From: Eledone cirrhosa
Lineage: Eukaryota
DNA: 64,000 nt
Reading direction: 5' to 3'
Assembly (NCBI GenBank): GCA_964016885.1
Contig: OZ024740.1
Coordinates: forward strand, 437,038,001 to 437,102,000
The position numbers and the translations under genes are program-made. Under the pieces are notes generated by a model. The model was not told where the DNA came from, made no database searches, and worked only from the letters and a program-made list of their open reading frames with translations. Of this stretch, positions 44,271 through 57,766 are shown piece after piece. Numbering within the stretch: position 1 is the stretch's first letter; every line of letters starts with the position of its first letter.

Positions 44271-44530
44271 AAACAAGAAATAGATATGAGATTAAGAAAT
44301 TCATTTTGAAACACTATTCTAGTGAGTTCGATTCTAATGCCCAACAGCTGGAGCAAGTGTCTTCTACCAGTCATATACTGGGGTCGATATAATCGATTTT
44401 CGCCTTCCCTCCAAATTACTGGCCTTGTCACAAATGTAGAAATAATGATTATCATTATTCACAAATGTCTATTTCGAAATATTTTTATCAATCGTTGGAT
44501 AGTGAGAGATGGCGTCCCCTGCGGAGGTAA

Positions 44531-44608
<78 letters not shown>

Positions 44609-44785
44609 TAAAAGGAAAAGAAAATGATGACAAATTGTTCCCAGTGAAAAATAGTTTAATTAGGAATAAGTAAAAATTAGTAATAAGTATTGGTTAGTAT
44701 TCAGTTTTGGTTTAAGTTTTTACCGGTTGCGCATTTCTAATGTTTTTCAAAAATAATTTTGAGATAGAGCGCCCGTGATGTTTGC

Positions 44786-44888
<103 letters not shown>

Positions 44889-44918
44889 ATATATTTAGAA
44901 ACACACAGATATATATAT

Positions 44919-45229
<311 letters not shown>

Positions 45230-45311
45230 TAGAAGTGGTATTTAATTTGTATATGTGTATATATATATATATATATGTTTATATATGTATGTATATATAT
45301 CTATATATACC

Positions 45312-45396
<85 letters not shown>

Positions 45397-45402
<6 letters not shown>

Positions 45403-48308
45403 ATCCTTTGGGAGGGTCATGTTGCCAATAAGAAACACACGCACCAGTTGCTTTCACTTCAATTTATTATAATAAATTTATAAATTTATAAATTTTATAA
45501 TCCCTCCGATAAGTCGTTCGACCTGCGACGAGTCCACGCCTCGACTTTAGCTTTTAACAAATGCACGCAATTGCCGTCGCAGGTCGATGAACAAACAGAG
45601 GCACAAATTAGTATAGCTAGATCTAAACTTAGAAATATTATAGAACAGTATAGCAAGAAGCATAATAGAATGGAGGCCCAGCAACTGGGAGAAAAACTGA
45701 AAATGGCTTGCGTAAGCTCATGCAGCGCTCGCGTAATGGAGAGATAGCATGCTTTCCAACAGACAAGTCTGACAGAATGTCGGTTGACAGTCTGCCAAAC
45801 TACATCCAGGCAATGCAACCCCACATCACTAACACAAGAGAAGTAACACCACAAGAGCAAGAGGATAGAGAAAAAGCCCTCAATGCCCATATGATGATGT
45901 GGACAAATATAATGCAGCCCAACAAAAGGACTGCCAACAACTTCCAGGCCTGGAGCAATGACGTGCCAGCGTTGTATGGGCTTCGAAAAGACCATACAAC
46001 GAGCAGTGACCCTGTCACAGGACCACCAACACGGCCAGTCTGTGGAGCTAACATTGCTAGTAACTACAGACTGTCCTACTTCCTCTCCCTGATCATACGC
46101 CCTATCATTGAAATGTCCCCAGATGTATGTGACAGCACGGAGGACCTCCTCAGCAGAATCGGCGTGAGTAAGCGATCTAGGGACCTAACAAACTGCATAA
46201 TAGGTAGTATGGATGTTGTGTCCCTGTATCCATCTATTGACGTGAATTTTGCTGTGGAGAAATGCGTAGAATTGATCAGTGAGAGCAATGTTGAATTCCG
46301 TGGGATTGATACCAGTGAGCTGGGACTCCTCATTAAACTTACCTATAGTAATAATTATCTAGACACATATGACCTTAGCAACCTGTGCCCTACAAGACCA
46401 GCAAGAGGCAGACCACCTACCATTACCTCAATGGCCAAGAAAACCCACACAGATAGATGGAACGGGTGGACCAGAGCCATACGGACACCCGAAAACCACG
46501 ATGAACTAAAGAAAATGATTGCACATGCGGTGGTGGCCAGCATAAAATTAACCCTTAAGGGACATATGTTCAAATTTAATGGAAAAACATATGCCCAAGA
46601 GGAGGGAGCAGCCATTGGTGTTAGCATTGCAGGCGACATAGCTAACCTATTCATGGTATGGTGGGACAGTAGACTTAAACTTAAACTTAAAGAACAATTA
46701 GAAGACCCCTTAACCCTGATAATGTACTCCCGCTACGTTGATGATATAAACATCGTAGTTAAAACACCCCCACTAGAGAACAGTCAGGAATTAGAGAAAA
46801 ACACAATGGAAAGCATCCAGCAAATAGCTAACTCCATCCACCAGAGTATTAGAGTTACTATAGACTACCCAAGCAAACACCCCAACCATCGATTACCTGT
46901 ACTAGACACAGAGCTCTGGTTAGATACCATTAATAACAAAAAACAAATCCTCCATTCCCATTATGCCAAACCCATGACTTCCAAATATCTGATCCACCGA
47001 AACTCAGCTGTTTCGGACCATACCAAAATCAATATACTGATTGCGGATTTGGTACGGGTGATGAGAAACGTGTTCCGCATGTGCAACCCCGAAGAACTAG
47101 AGAGACACATACAACACTTCATCCACCGTATGCAGTTCTCTGGTTACAATCAGAGAGATAAAATCAGATTATATAGAGGAACCAAAACCAAATGGGAAAA
47201 AATGGTAAATAATGACACAAATGGGACCTGCCCTTGTATAGGAGCAAATTTTGGAATAGTATAGAAAGAACTAGGAATAAGGCTAATAGAATAAACTAAT
47301 GGTATGATAGCAATAAATACCAGAGTGTAATGTTCATCGATACAACCCCTAGAGGTGAATTAGCTTACAAATTTAGAAGGGCCATAGATAAACATAAACT
47401 CAATATTAAGATAGTAGAAAGACCAGGTACTTCCATAAAAACACTTATTAGCAAGACATACCCTTTCCAAAGACCTCCCTGTATAGATAAGAAATGTATA
47501 ATCTGTAAATTAAGCCCCCATATTAACTTTAAAACTAGAAATGTAGTATATAGCATAAGATGTACTGAAGGACAATGTAGAGATAAAAATATAGTGTACA
47601 TAGGTGAGACAGCTCGTAGTATAGGGGAACGGATAAATGAACACTGGCGAGACCTTCAAGATAGTAAAGAATCATCTGTACTCTACCAACATGCTAAAAT
47701 AGAACATAAGGGTAAATTAGAGAACATAGAAATAAAAATAGAATCTACACACAGAAAAGACGCAATGTTTAGACAAATCACAGAGGCAATAAACATAAAT
47801 GAATTACAACCAAAATTAAATAGAAAACATGAGTGGAACAGCAACATCACAACTTACAATTAAGGACAAAATGAAAACACACACACATAGAACAAACAAC
47901 CAACCAGTAACATGTAAATAAACAAATGAATAAACGAATATAAACACACACAGACACCTGGATGTAACACATGCGCAAACTAAGCACACAACACACACAC
48001 AAAAACAAGATGGCGTAGGACAGAACAAAGGAGAGGAACAAAAAACAAAGAAAAGAATCCCCAGTCACTGAAGAGGTCACAGAATGTGTGACGAAAGAAC
48101 TTTGACAATAAATAAACAACCATCTGGTTGTGGAACCAACCAACCGGAAATTTATAAATTCCTAAATTTATAAATTTATTATAATAAATTGAAGTGAAAG
48201 CAACTGGTGCGTGTTTCTTATTGGCAACATGACCCTCCCAAAGTATAACAATATCGGTTCCAACACACGTTTTCAGATAAAGAATCTTGCTAAACAAATT
48301 CAGAAACG

Positions 48309-48313
<5 letters not shown>
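45397..48313 (+). mobile_element. Second, 5'-truncated copy of the family-C PLE with inverted pLTR tip
   Basis: 45397-45495 is inverted pLTR; ORF pieces 45708-47264 and 47330-47863 match 9130-11500; pLTR plus tail to 48313; (TA)n flanks. Confidence 0.93.
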
Positions 48314-48340
<27 letters not shown>

Positions 48341-48345
<5 letters not shown>

Positions 48346-48996
48346 GAAAATATATAGCTTTCACCGTATTTTTGACTAAAGGAATTTTAGCTTGATAACG
48401 GGGTTTAGAACCCTCAAATAAATGGAAAAAGGTGAGTATTGACGTACATGGGAGTCGAACCCACATCTGTGGTTATTGCGACCACTGTGCTACCATTATA
48501 CCAACACATCACCCATCTCTTTCCATTCAAATTAGAAACTACATTCTTAGCGAGTTTAAATGGCAAGTAAGTATGTTTTGAAACAGTGAGCGAGTTTGAA
48601 ATTAGAAAATATATAGCTTTCACCGTATTTTTGACTAAAGGAATTTTAGCTTGATAACGGGGTTTAGAACCCTCAGATAAATGGAAAAAGATGAGTATTG
48701 ACGTACATGGGAGTCGAACCCACATACTTACTTGCCATTTAAACTCGCTAAGAATGTAGTTTCTAATTTGAATGGAAAGAGATGGGTGATGTGTTGGTGT
48801 AATGGTAGCACAGTGGTCGCGATAACCACAGATGTGGGTTCGACTCCCATGTACGTCAATACTCATCTTTTTCCATTTATCTGAGGGTTCTAAACCCCGT
48901 TATCAAGCTAAAATTCCTTTAGTCAAAAATACGGTGAAAGCTATATATTTTCTAATTTCAAACTCGCTCACTATTTCAAAACATACTTACTTGCCA
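48341..48996. mobile_element. 259-bp tandem/inverted unit containing a tRNA-like cloverleaf
   Basis: aattagaaaatatatagc at 48341 and 48600; 48723-48996 is an inverted full unit that begins and ends with catacttacttgcca. Confidence 0.85.
48787..48859 (+). ncRNA. tRNA-like structure (not a canonical tRNA)
   Basis: Acceptor tgatgtg/tacgtca, A box tggtgtaatgg, anticodon stem gtggt/accac with 7-nt loop lacking U33, T arm gtggg-ttcgact-cccat; second copy on the minus strand at ~48439-48511. Confidence 0.7.
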
Positions 48997-49295
48997 TATA
49001 TATATATATATATATATATGTCTATATATGTCTATATATATATATATATGTATGTATGTAATAATAATAAATTTGAAGACTAAAATCCAAAGATATATAT
49101 ATGTCTATATATGTATGTATATATATATATATATATTTGTGTCTGTGTGTTTGTATATCTGTATATATATATATATATTTCATTTTTTAATATATTATAT
49201 ATAATATCAGTTTTACGCTTACACATACGTGCATTCGTATAACGGTTTCTGGGCGTTTATATATATATACATATATATATATATGTGTATGTGTG

Positions 49296-49364
<69 letters not shown>

Positions 49365-49620
49365 GTAGATCAGGAAACTGAATGTAAACTATTGTTTTTA
49401 GTTTCCAGGATTATGGTTACTTCATAATTTTCAATTGTGAAAAGTGTATAATATATTACATTATAGGAATATAATATAACATACACATCTACAGAACTAT
49501 ATATGTATATATATATAGACATAAATATACACATACACACAAATACATACATATATAGATATATATATATATATGTATACATATATACATATATATACAT
49601 ATCATTGAATATATATATAT

Positions 49621-49687
<67 letters not shown>

Positions 49688-49727
49688 GATATTAAATAAA
49701 TAGAAACTATATTTATAAAATCATATT

Positions 49728-49789
49728 TATTCTATTATATATATTTCAAGGGTACCAAAAACTTTGGTACGCTTTCATCAGATAAAATA
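49728..49789 (-). ncRNA. Family-F hammerhead, inverted pLTR copy
   Basis: Reverse complement of 52969-53030. Confidence 0.85.
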
Positions 49790-49967
49790 CAAAGTTTGTT
49801 TTATACATTTTGACATAACCAAGGAAAGATATCTTAACGGTTCAAGTTTTCCTTGGATAGTGAAGGGATAAGAGAAGAAAAGTCAGATATTTCAAATTAT
49901 TAAGATGAGTATGCAAATGAGGTTAAGGTATAGGGCTGGAAAAAAACGTTATTTTAGACGTTATGAG

Positions 49968-51860
49968 GATCCTGATAAAATCTAACAAAACAAATAATTT
50001 ATAAGGTATGGAAAAGGACGAATATAATAACCTTATATTGAAAGAACTCAGGAAAAACTACAAAATAACATCAAATGATCTTTCAACGTTAAATAGAGAA
50101 GCTTCTGAAATTATTTATAAATTAGGCATCCAAAATAGGACGGAACCCTTTATACCTAGAAAACCGAAGATTAACCTGAAGGACCACAAAAGAAATTTTG
50201 AAATTGAACTACCAGTCAGACTCATCGCACCATCTAAATCTGACTTAGGCATAATTAGCAAGCATATATTATATAGAATTATACCACTACTTAAAGAAAA
50301 ATCACACCTTAAACTATGGAACGGCACTAATGAAGTTATAGATTGGTTCAATAACATAAAATTAAAACATAACAAAAAATTCATTCAAATGGATATTGCA
50401 AATTACTACTCCTCTATTACCTCTAGCTTACTTAATAAGGCACTTATCTACGCGTCTAAACATACAGACCTATCTAGTGATGAAATGAATATAATTCAAA
50501 CAGCACGTAAAACACTAATAGAATTTAATAATCATCTCCGGACAAGAACCGACAGAAAAACAATTTTGATATGACTATGGGATCATCTGACTCGGCGCAA
50601 CTTACAGACCTCGTTGGATTATTTATTAATAATGTACGGCATAGGAAAATGCCAGAGATGGCCGGAGGTTTATATCTTGACGATATGTTACTTTTAACTG
50701 AAAACCATAGCAATAGTGAAATTAATAGGAAAAGGAAATCCAAAATACAATTTTTTAACAACTACAACCTTAATTTAGAAATCGAGAATAATTACAAAAT
50801 CGTTAACTTCTTAGATGTAACCTTAAACCTTAGCACAGGTCTTTACTATCCTTTCCATAAAATTAACGAAAATCTAAATTACGTAAGTTTCAATTCTAAT
50901 CATCCTAGAAGTATTAAAAACACTATTGTCAATAGCGTCCAGCAACGGATTTTTCGCATCTCTGCTAATAAAAATATTGTTGATGATAAGGCAGAATATT
51001 ACATTGAAGCTTTACATAGAGCAGGATACTCGAGTAAAATTAAATACATAGATAACAATAACATGACAAATCATCCTAAAATTAATTATAATAATAATAA
51101 ACAATTTAACTTAAACACTAAACCAAACAAAAAAACTAGAACTAGAAATATTATTTGGTACTCTCCCCCATTCTCATTAAGCGTTAAAACACCTTTAGCA
51201 AAGCTATTCTTTAAAGCACTAGATAAATGTTTTCCTAAAACCCACAGATACCACTCTATTTTTAAGAGACACACTATAAAACTATCCTACTCTACTACTA
51301 TGAACATTGCACAAAATACAAATAGAAACTTAAATTTAAACCCTAACCAAACTAACCAAAATAGCAATAATAATATTTCTAACAACAATATTCAGAATAA
51401 TAGTACCGTTCCGAACAACAACTCCAGAAAATGTAACTGTAGAATTAAATCAAAATTCCCTTTACAAAATAATTGCTTAGACAAGAACGTAATTTATAAA
51501 TGCACAGTTAAAACTAGAGACAAAGTATTTAACTATATTGGTGCCACTTCTACAAAATTCAAAGAACGCTGGTATAACCATAAACACACATTTAAGAAAT
51601 TCGATAAAAAATCTTCCACTTCACTTTCACATTTAATTTGGAACTAAAAAGACAAAAATATAGACTATTCAATATCTTGGAGAACGATTTCGAAAGCACC
51701 TGCATACCGAAATATGGCTTTCTCAAGATTCTGTAACTTGTGTATCGAGGAAATTTTTTATATAATTAATTGTCAAAACTCTATTAATCTTAAAACAGAA
51801 TTATTTTCTTCTTGCAGACATCGCCAAAATTCGATTTTCAGAAGTATTTTTAATTTATGA
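49968..51860 (+). pseudogene. Naiad-like RT + GIY-YIG, frameshifted
   Basis: INLKDHK..PVRLI.PSKS, DIANYYSSI, TMGS.D.A, GLYLDD, NFLDVTL, WYSPPF, YIGATSTKFKERW. Confidence 0.9.
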
Positions 51861-52968
51861 TATTCTTATACACCTTCAAAATGATCCTATTTTCTTTAAA
51901 ATTTAAATGTAATTTTTTTTTTTTTTTTTTTAAATGATCTTCCTTCTTAATTTTTTTAATATTTCTACTATTTTTACCTTTTGACATAAACTTTTTAATT
52001 TTTTTAAATATATATTTTTTTATATTTTTAATATTTTTAAATATTTTTTACTTCTGACATTTTTTTTGATGTAGTTTGATAATCTTTAATTGACATTCTT
52101 AAAATGTATCCTCTTTAGGATAGTTCTTCGAAATGCACGTTACGTTTTTCCTCTCCTTTTGATCTTCAAACTTTTACACATCTTTCGAATAAAATAATTA
52201 ATATCACACAAAATAATATATAATTTTCTCAATATATTTTCTGAGTAAATCATTCATCAAATTTAACGGTTAACAAACAAGATTGGAGTTATCTTTCCCT
52301 TTTCAATTGTGCAAAATTAAACATGATATTATAATAATATATACGATAAACTATATAACTTCGCTAAATTAACAATATTCTGAAAACATTTTCAATGTTG
52401 GAACAAAATATTCGAATTTACAAATTGTTCTCTTCTTACAACTTGAATCACCTGTTTTTTATGTAAAATGCAAAATCAACGTCCTTCGTAGTAAATTATT
52501 TCTATTTCTATAATACTTATACATGCAGAATTATTAATCTATATAGATATTTATACACTTATAACCTATTGTAATGTAATAAGATAAAATATACTTACAA
52601 CCATAATTCTTCATATAATCTAATTGATTATATATACAATATTAAAACTCATAATATAGCTAAATAAATTTAAATTCTGGAATCATTTCCACCATTCCCC
52701 CAAATTGTTAATTCCTTTAAAATTAACGTAAATGCAAGCTCTTCTTCCTTTTTCTTCTTCCTACATACATATATCCTAATTATTTAAATTCTGCATAGCG
52801 TCTAAAATAACGTTTATTTCAGCCCTATACCTCAAACTCATTTGCATACTCATCTTAATAATTTGAAATATCTTACTTTTCTTCTCTTATCCCTTCACTA
52901 TCCAAGGAAAACTTGAACCGTTAAGGTATCTTTCCTTGGTTATGTCAAAATTTATAAAACAAACTTTG

Positions 52969-53030
52969 TATTTTATCTGATGAAAGCGTACCAAAGTTTT
53001 TGGTACCCTTGAAATATATATAATAGAATA
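52969..53030 (+). ncRNA. Family-F hammerhead in Naiad pLTR
   Basis: tattttat CTGATGA aag-c-gtaccaaa..tttggtac-c-ctt GAAA tatata TA atagaata. Confidence 0.88.
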
Positions 53031-53698
53031 AATATTGTTTTATAAATATAGTTTCCATTTATTTAATATCATTGAATATTATACTCCAGAAAAGTTGACG
53101 AGTGCTCTGAATCAGTTCTAATCATTTATATTTGTTGAATTACCAACAAATTGAATATCCCTTCTGATTATATTGTTAATTTTAAAACCATTCTGTTGAG
53201 AACTTAATTCGTTTTGTGATATTTTGCAATTTGCAATAATAACACACATACTGAATTCATCCGCCAAAACTAAGGGTTGCCCCCCTTGTCGAGCCCCACG
53301 TGGGTTTTGATAACGGTCAGTCCTTGGTTTGGCACTTGAACTAAAAGCCTGTTGAGAAAGTGACTTCCTTGTTCAATCATCTTACCAAAAGCTTAACATT
53401 ATTTGTCTAAGCAGACAGTACCTGATTTAGGAGTTGCAGAAACCCAAATGCTGGATTTTACCAACCTTCCAGGGGTCCGGGTTTAATTTCAATCATATTT
53501 TATTTGTTTGACCCGAATTACTTGGTCGTTTCTATGGCTGTGCGGATAATGGTTTAACCATCGTCTCAGTGTGTTTGGCCTTTTAACTTATGTTGTAGCT
53601 CTAGTTCACTAGCTTCTATGGAGCGCTTGCCACACATCTCGGAAGTTGTTTTTCGGTAATTTCCAATAGCCGAAATACGATTCTCGCTAATTTATATT

Positions 53699-53730
<32 letters not shown>

Positions 53731-53734
<4 letters not shown>

Positions 53735-53930
53735 AACCAGTAAGACCCCGACGGCTGAGCTCAAGCCGTTTCGACGGCTAATTCTGGACTCTGCGTCCAG
53801 AATTAGCCGTCGAAACGGCTTGAGCTCAGCCGTCGGGGTCTTACTGGTTCCTATTACCTACTCTACTACCCCAAGTATTGAGTACTTTGGTGCGTTATGG
53901 TCCACCTGGTTCCTTACCACATTTCCTTCG

Positions 53931-53932
<2 letters not shown>
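53731..53932. mobile_element. Palindromic mini-insertion, family G
   Basis: ~59-bp inverted arms centred near 53792. Confidence 0.88.
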
Positions 53933-54017
<85 letters not shown>

Positions 54018-54319
54018 AAATACCCTAGATCGAGATACAACAAGGAAAAAAGTATAGTGTATGTTGAATTGATTTTACGCGATAAATATTTATAGATATG
54101 TATATATATATATATATATTTGTGTGTGTGTCTTCATATATTCACCTCTCTCCCTCCCTCTATTTATATACTTTATATATATATATATATATATAATAAA
54201 ATTAGGGACCAAAAAATATATATTTAATAAATAAATTAGATTGAACAAACTGTTTGAAACTGTGTATGTGTATATATATAAATATACACACAGGTATATA
54301 TATACACACAGGTATATAA

Positions 54320-54421
<102 letters not shown>

Positions 54422-54521
54422 TCAGCGATATATAAATATTTATATACACACATACATACGTACATACATATATACATGCACATTCATATATACATACATA
54501 CATACACATATATACTTATAT

Positions 54522-54567
<46 letters not shown>

Positions 54568-54621
54568 AATGTATATTTGCACCGATACATATACATATTT
54601 ACAGGCATACATACACACAGA

Positions 54622-54688
<67 letters not shown>

Positions 54689-54836
54689 GGCAATATAATT
54701 TAGTTTGATCTGAATTTTGTTTCCATTTACAATAAACACGCCGGGTTTGTTCGGCTTCAGTTATGTCTCCTGAGGAATAAAAAATATAAAATACATTTTC
54801 TCATATACAACATAATCTACCTTCCCTTTTTTTACT

Positions 54837-54876
<40 letters not shown>

Positions 54877-55202
54877 CTCTCGCCCTCTCTCTCGTTCCCC
54901 TCTCTTTCTCCTATCTCTCTCTCTGTCTCTCCCCCTCTCTCCTCTCTGTGCGTGTGTGTACGTGTGTTTATGTGTATATGTGTATATATGTATGTATGTG
55001 TGTGTGTGTAATATTAGAGAAGGGGTATTTTACAACTCAAGAGAACTCAATACATGTGTCGAGTACGTATTTTCAAGTGTTAATTTGTACAATCATTTCA
55101 GCTCTAGGAATCGCTTCTGAGCAGTATAAATTAATATTTGATGAACATTTACATGTTATTAGTCAATTGCAACTATAACATGTAAATGTTCATCAAATAT
55201 TA

Positions 55203-55466
<264 letters not shown>

Positions 55467-55553
55467 TATATATATATATATATGTATGAACGAAGTGATT
55501 CCGTCGGAAAGGTCCAGGAAAAAAGAGTGCTCTATGTAGGTTACAGAGCTTAT

Positions 55554-55764
55554 TAGTTATGTAATAAACAAAATAAGATAATTATTTCATTTACCAGTGG
55601 TTTCTTGAAAGCAACCAAAATTGCTTTCATTCGTCAGAATGAAAAAATCCTGGTGTCTTCCAGTAAGACACCAGGATTTTTTCATTCTGACGAATGAAAC
55701 CAATTTGGGTTGCTTTCAAGAAACCACTGGTAAATGAAATAATTATCTTATGTTGTTTATTACA

Positions 55765-55770
<6 letters not shown>
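55554..55770. ncRNA. Two complete family-I hammerheads in divergent orientation (55585-55644 minus; 55680-55739 plus)
   Basis: tttcatt CTGACGA a-tgaaagcaa..ttgctttca-a GAAA ccactgg TA aatgaaa (one substitution in the plus copy) on both arms of a ~215-bp palindrome. Confidence 0.88.
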
Positions 55771-55807
<37 letters not shown>

Positions 55808-55810
<3 letters not shown>

Positions 55811-57164
55811 AAAATGTTTAACCCCGACGGCAGAGCTCGAAAATGATCTGTACTACCCATAGACGAAGCCAAACGACAACCTGCACTACATCCACCGCCG
55901 CTCTAACCATCCTAGAAACATCACCAATAACCTGGTTAAAACTATCTCCCTCCGCATATCTCGTTTGTCCGCTAATGAGCAGATATTCGACGAACACGCG
56001 CTTCGTTACAACCAGGCCCTCAAGCGGAGTGGCTTCCGGGAGGAAATATCCTTTTATCTAGCTTCCCTTAGCGCAACCAGCAGGCGACACCGCCGCTCAC
56101 GCAACGTAACGTGGTTCAATCCTCCCCATAATGCCGAGGTGGCAACACCTATCGAGAAAATCTTCTTTAGACTCCTCGAAAAACACTTCCCACTACAACA
56201 CCGCTACCACAACATAATCAACAAAAACACCATCAAACTCTCCTACAGCACCACACCTAACTTCGCACAAAACATGGTCTCCTTAAACAACAAAAAACTC
56301 AACCCCTATGGAAGAGATAACCTAGACATCTGTGGAGAGCCGACCAGGAGGTGTAACAGCCCTGATAGATCTACGTGCCCCCTCAACAACAAATGCCGAG
56401 AACGTAACGTGATCTACCAGTGCAACGTGAGGACGGACACCTCCAACAAAGCTGATATAGGATTAACCGCGTGTGACTTCAACATACTTTCCGAAACCCG
56501 GTCCGGCGACATGCCACTACACTTTCGGGCCACATCTGGGACCTCAAAGATAATATAACCTACAATCTCACTTGGAGCTTACTGTCCAGAGCTAACTCTT
56601 ACACGGGAGGACGCCGTCCGTGTAACTTATGCTCGGAGGAAACATTACAAATGGTGTTTTCGAAGGACCAACTCCTAAACAAGAAAGACGAACTGGTACC
56701 TGCATGCAAACACAGATTGCGTAGGACTTACTTCGCCCTCAAACCCCATAACGACCCGGGTGGGTAGGAAAGGGCTGATATCCCCCCCCCCTTTCCGAAT
56801 AAGTTAGGGGAAACCCCAGCTTACTTAGGTAGATATATCTTTTTTCTTTTCTTTTCCTCTTTGTCTTCTTCCCCCTGTCTCATCCCATCACTTCCTTCCA
56901 CCCCCTATTTTCTTCCTCGTCTGCTTTTCTCCTTTCGCCTACCCCGATGCAGCCCATCGGACCTCTGTAGCATCAGTTCCCCCACCCCTGTAATTTTAAG
57001 ATAGAATTGGCCGAATACGTTTTACTAACTACTTATAGCAGACGTGTTAAACCCCTTTAATTCTGTATCAGTTCTGGTACTACTCAATTTCTACAAGTTT
57101 TTTCTATTCTCAACTTATTAACCTGTAATTGTAAGATAGCATTGTGATTTTTTTTATTCATTTC

Positions 57165-57230
<66 letters not shown>

Positions 57231-57680
57231 CTATTATCTTTTATTGTCTCCTACTCTCATTCGATTTACCTATTCTATAACCTTCCTCCTCCACTTCATA
57301 CACTATCCTTAGAATCTGCTGTATACATATCACTTTCAAGGCTTGACCGCTCCACTCACACCCTTATTGTTCTACAGGCAAGTTGAGGCCACCCCTACCC
57401 CCCACCAAATGCCATGATAGACTTATTTGTGTTTACAACAAATTTTAACCAATCCTCTTGACAACTACAATCTTCCCATATAAGGAAGTACCCCCTTGAC
57501 AAGGTCGGCTATTTATTCACCAGGCTAAAAATTCTAATTTAGTCCAGAAATAGCCGTCGAAACGGCTTGAGCTCTGCCGTCGGGGTCATACTTTTTCCTA
57601 TTTCCCACTCTATTACCCTAAGTATTGAGTACTCTGGTGCGTTATGGTCCATCTGGTTCCTTACCACAATTCCTTTGTTA
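55808..57680 (+). mobile_element. 5'-truncated Naiad-like PLE; parent type of family-G pLTR
   Basis: Decayed ORF 55843-56767 (SNHP, WFNPP, CPLNNKC, CNLCSEE); 30-nt inverted pLTR tip at 55808-55838; pLTR to 57680. Confidence 0.88.
57487..57592 (+). ncRNA. Family-G hammerhead with U3-A8 core
   Basis: cccc TTGACAA ggt-cggctattt...aaatagccg-tc GAAA cggc-ttgagctct-gccg TC gggg. Confidence 0.82.
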
Positions 57681-57715
57681 TATATATATATATATATATA
57701 GTTTTAATATAGATG

Positions 57716-57766
57716 AGATTCTACAGGACTAAAACTGTTTCATTCTTGAGAAATCATCAGAAATCT
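57716..57766 (-). ncRNA. Family-B hammerhead in repeat 57701-58170
   Basis: agattt CTGATGA tttc-tcaa-gaat GAAA cag-ttttagtc-ctg TA gaatct. Confidence 0.82.

Larger units (their letters stand above)
49683..53080 (+). mobile_element. 5'-truncated AT-rich Naiad-like PLE with inverted pLTR
   Basis: 49683-49965 is the reverse complement of 52795-53078; decayed ORF lies between. Confidence 0.9.

Noticed and set aside
48385-48430. TTGATAA...GATA as a U3-A8 hammerhead
   Set aside because: No GAAA in register and no stem I or III
48787-48859. Functional tRNA gene
   Set aside because: Lacks U33, anticodon differs between copies (CGA vs CAA), embedded in a mobile repeat
49968-51860. Selenocysteine (UGA) recoding reported for some Naiad PLEs
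   Set aside because: The conserved Cys positions I could read in the Naiad-like copies are not TGA; the breaks are frameshifts or other stops
54744-54800. tgtctcCTGAGGA hammerhead start
   Set aside because: No stem II or GAAA-UH half follows
55058-55108. Minus-strand CTGAAATGA...GAAA motif
   Set aside because: Core has a 2-nt insertion and the stems are weak
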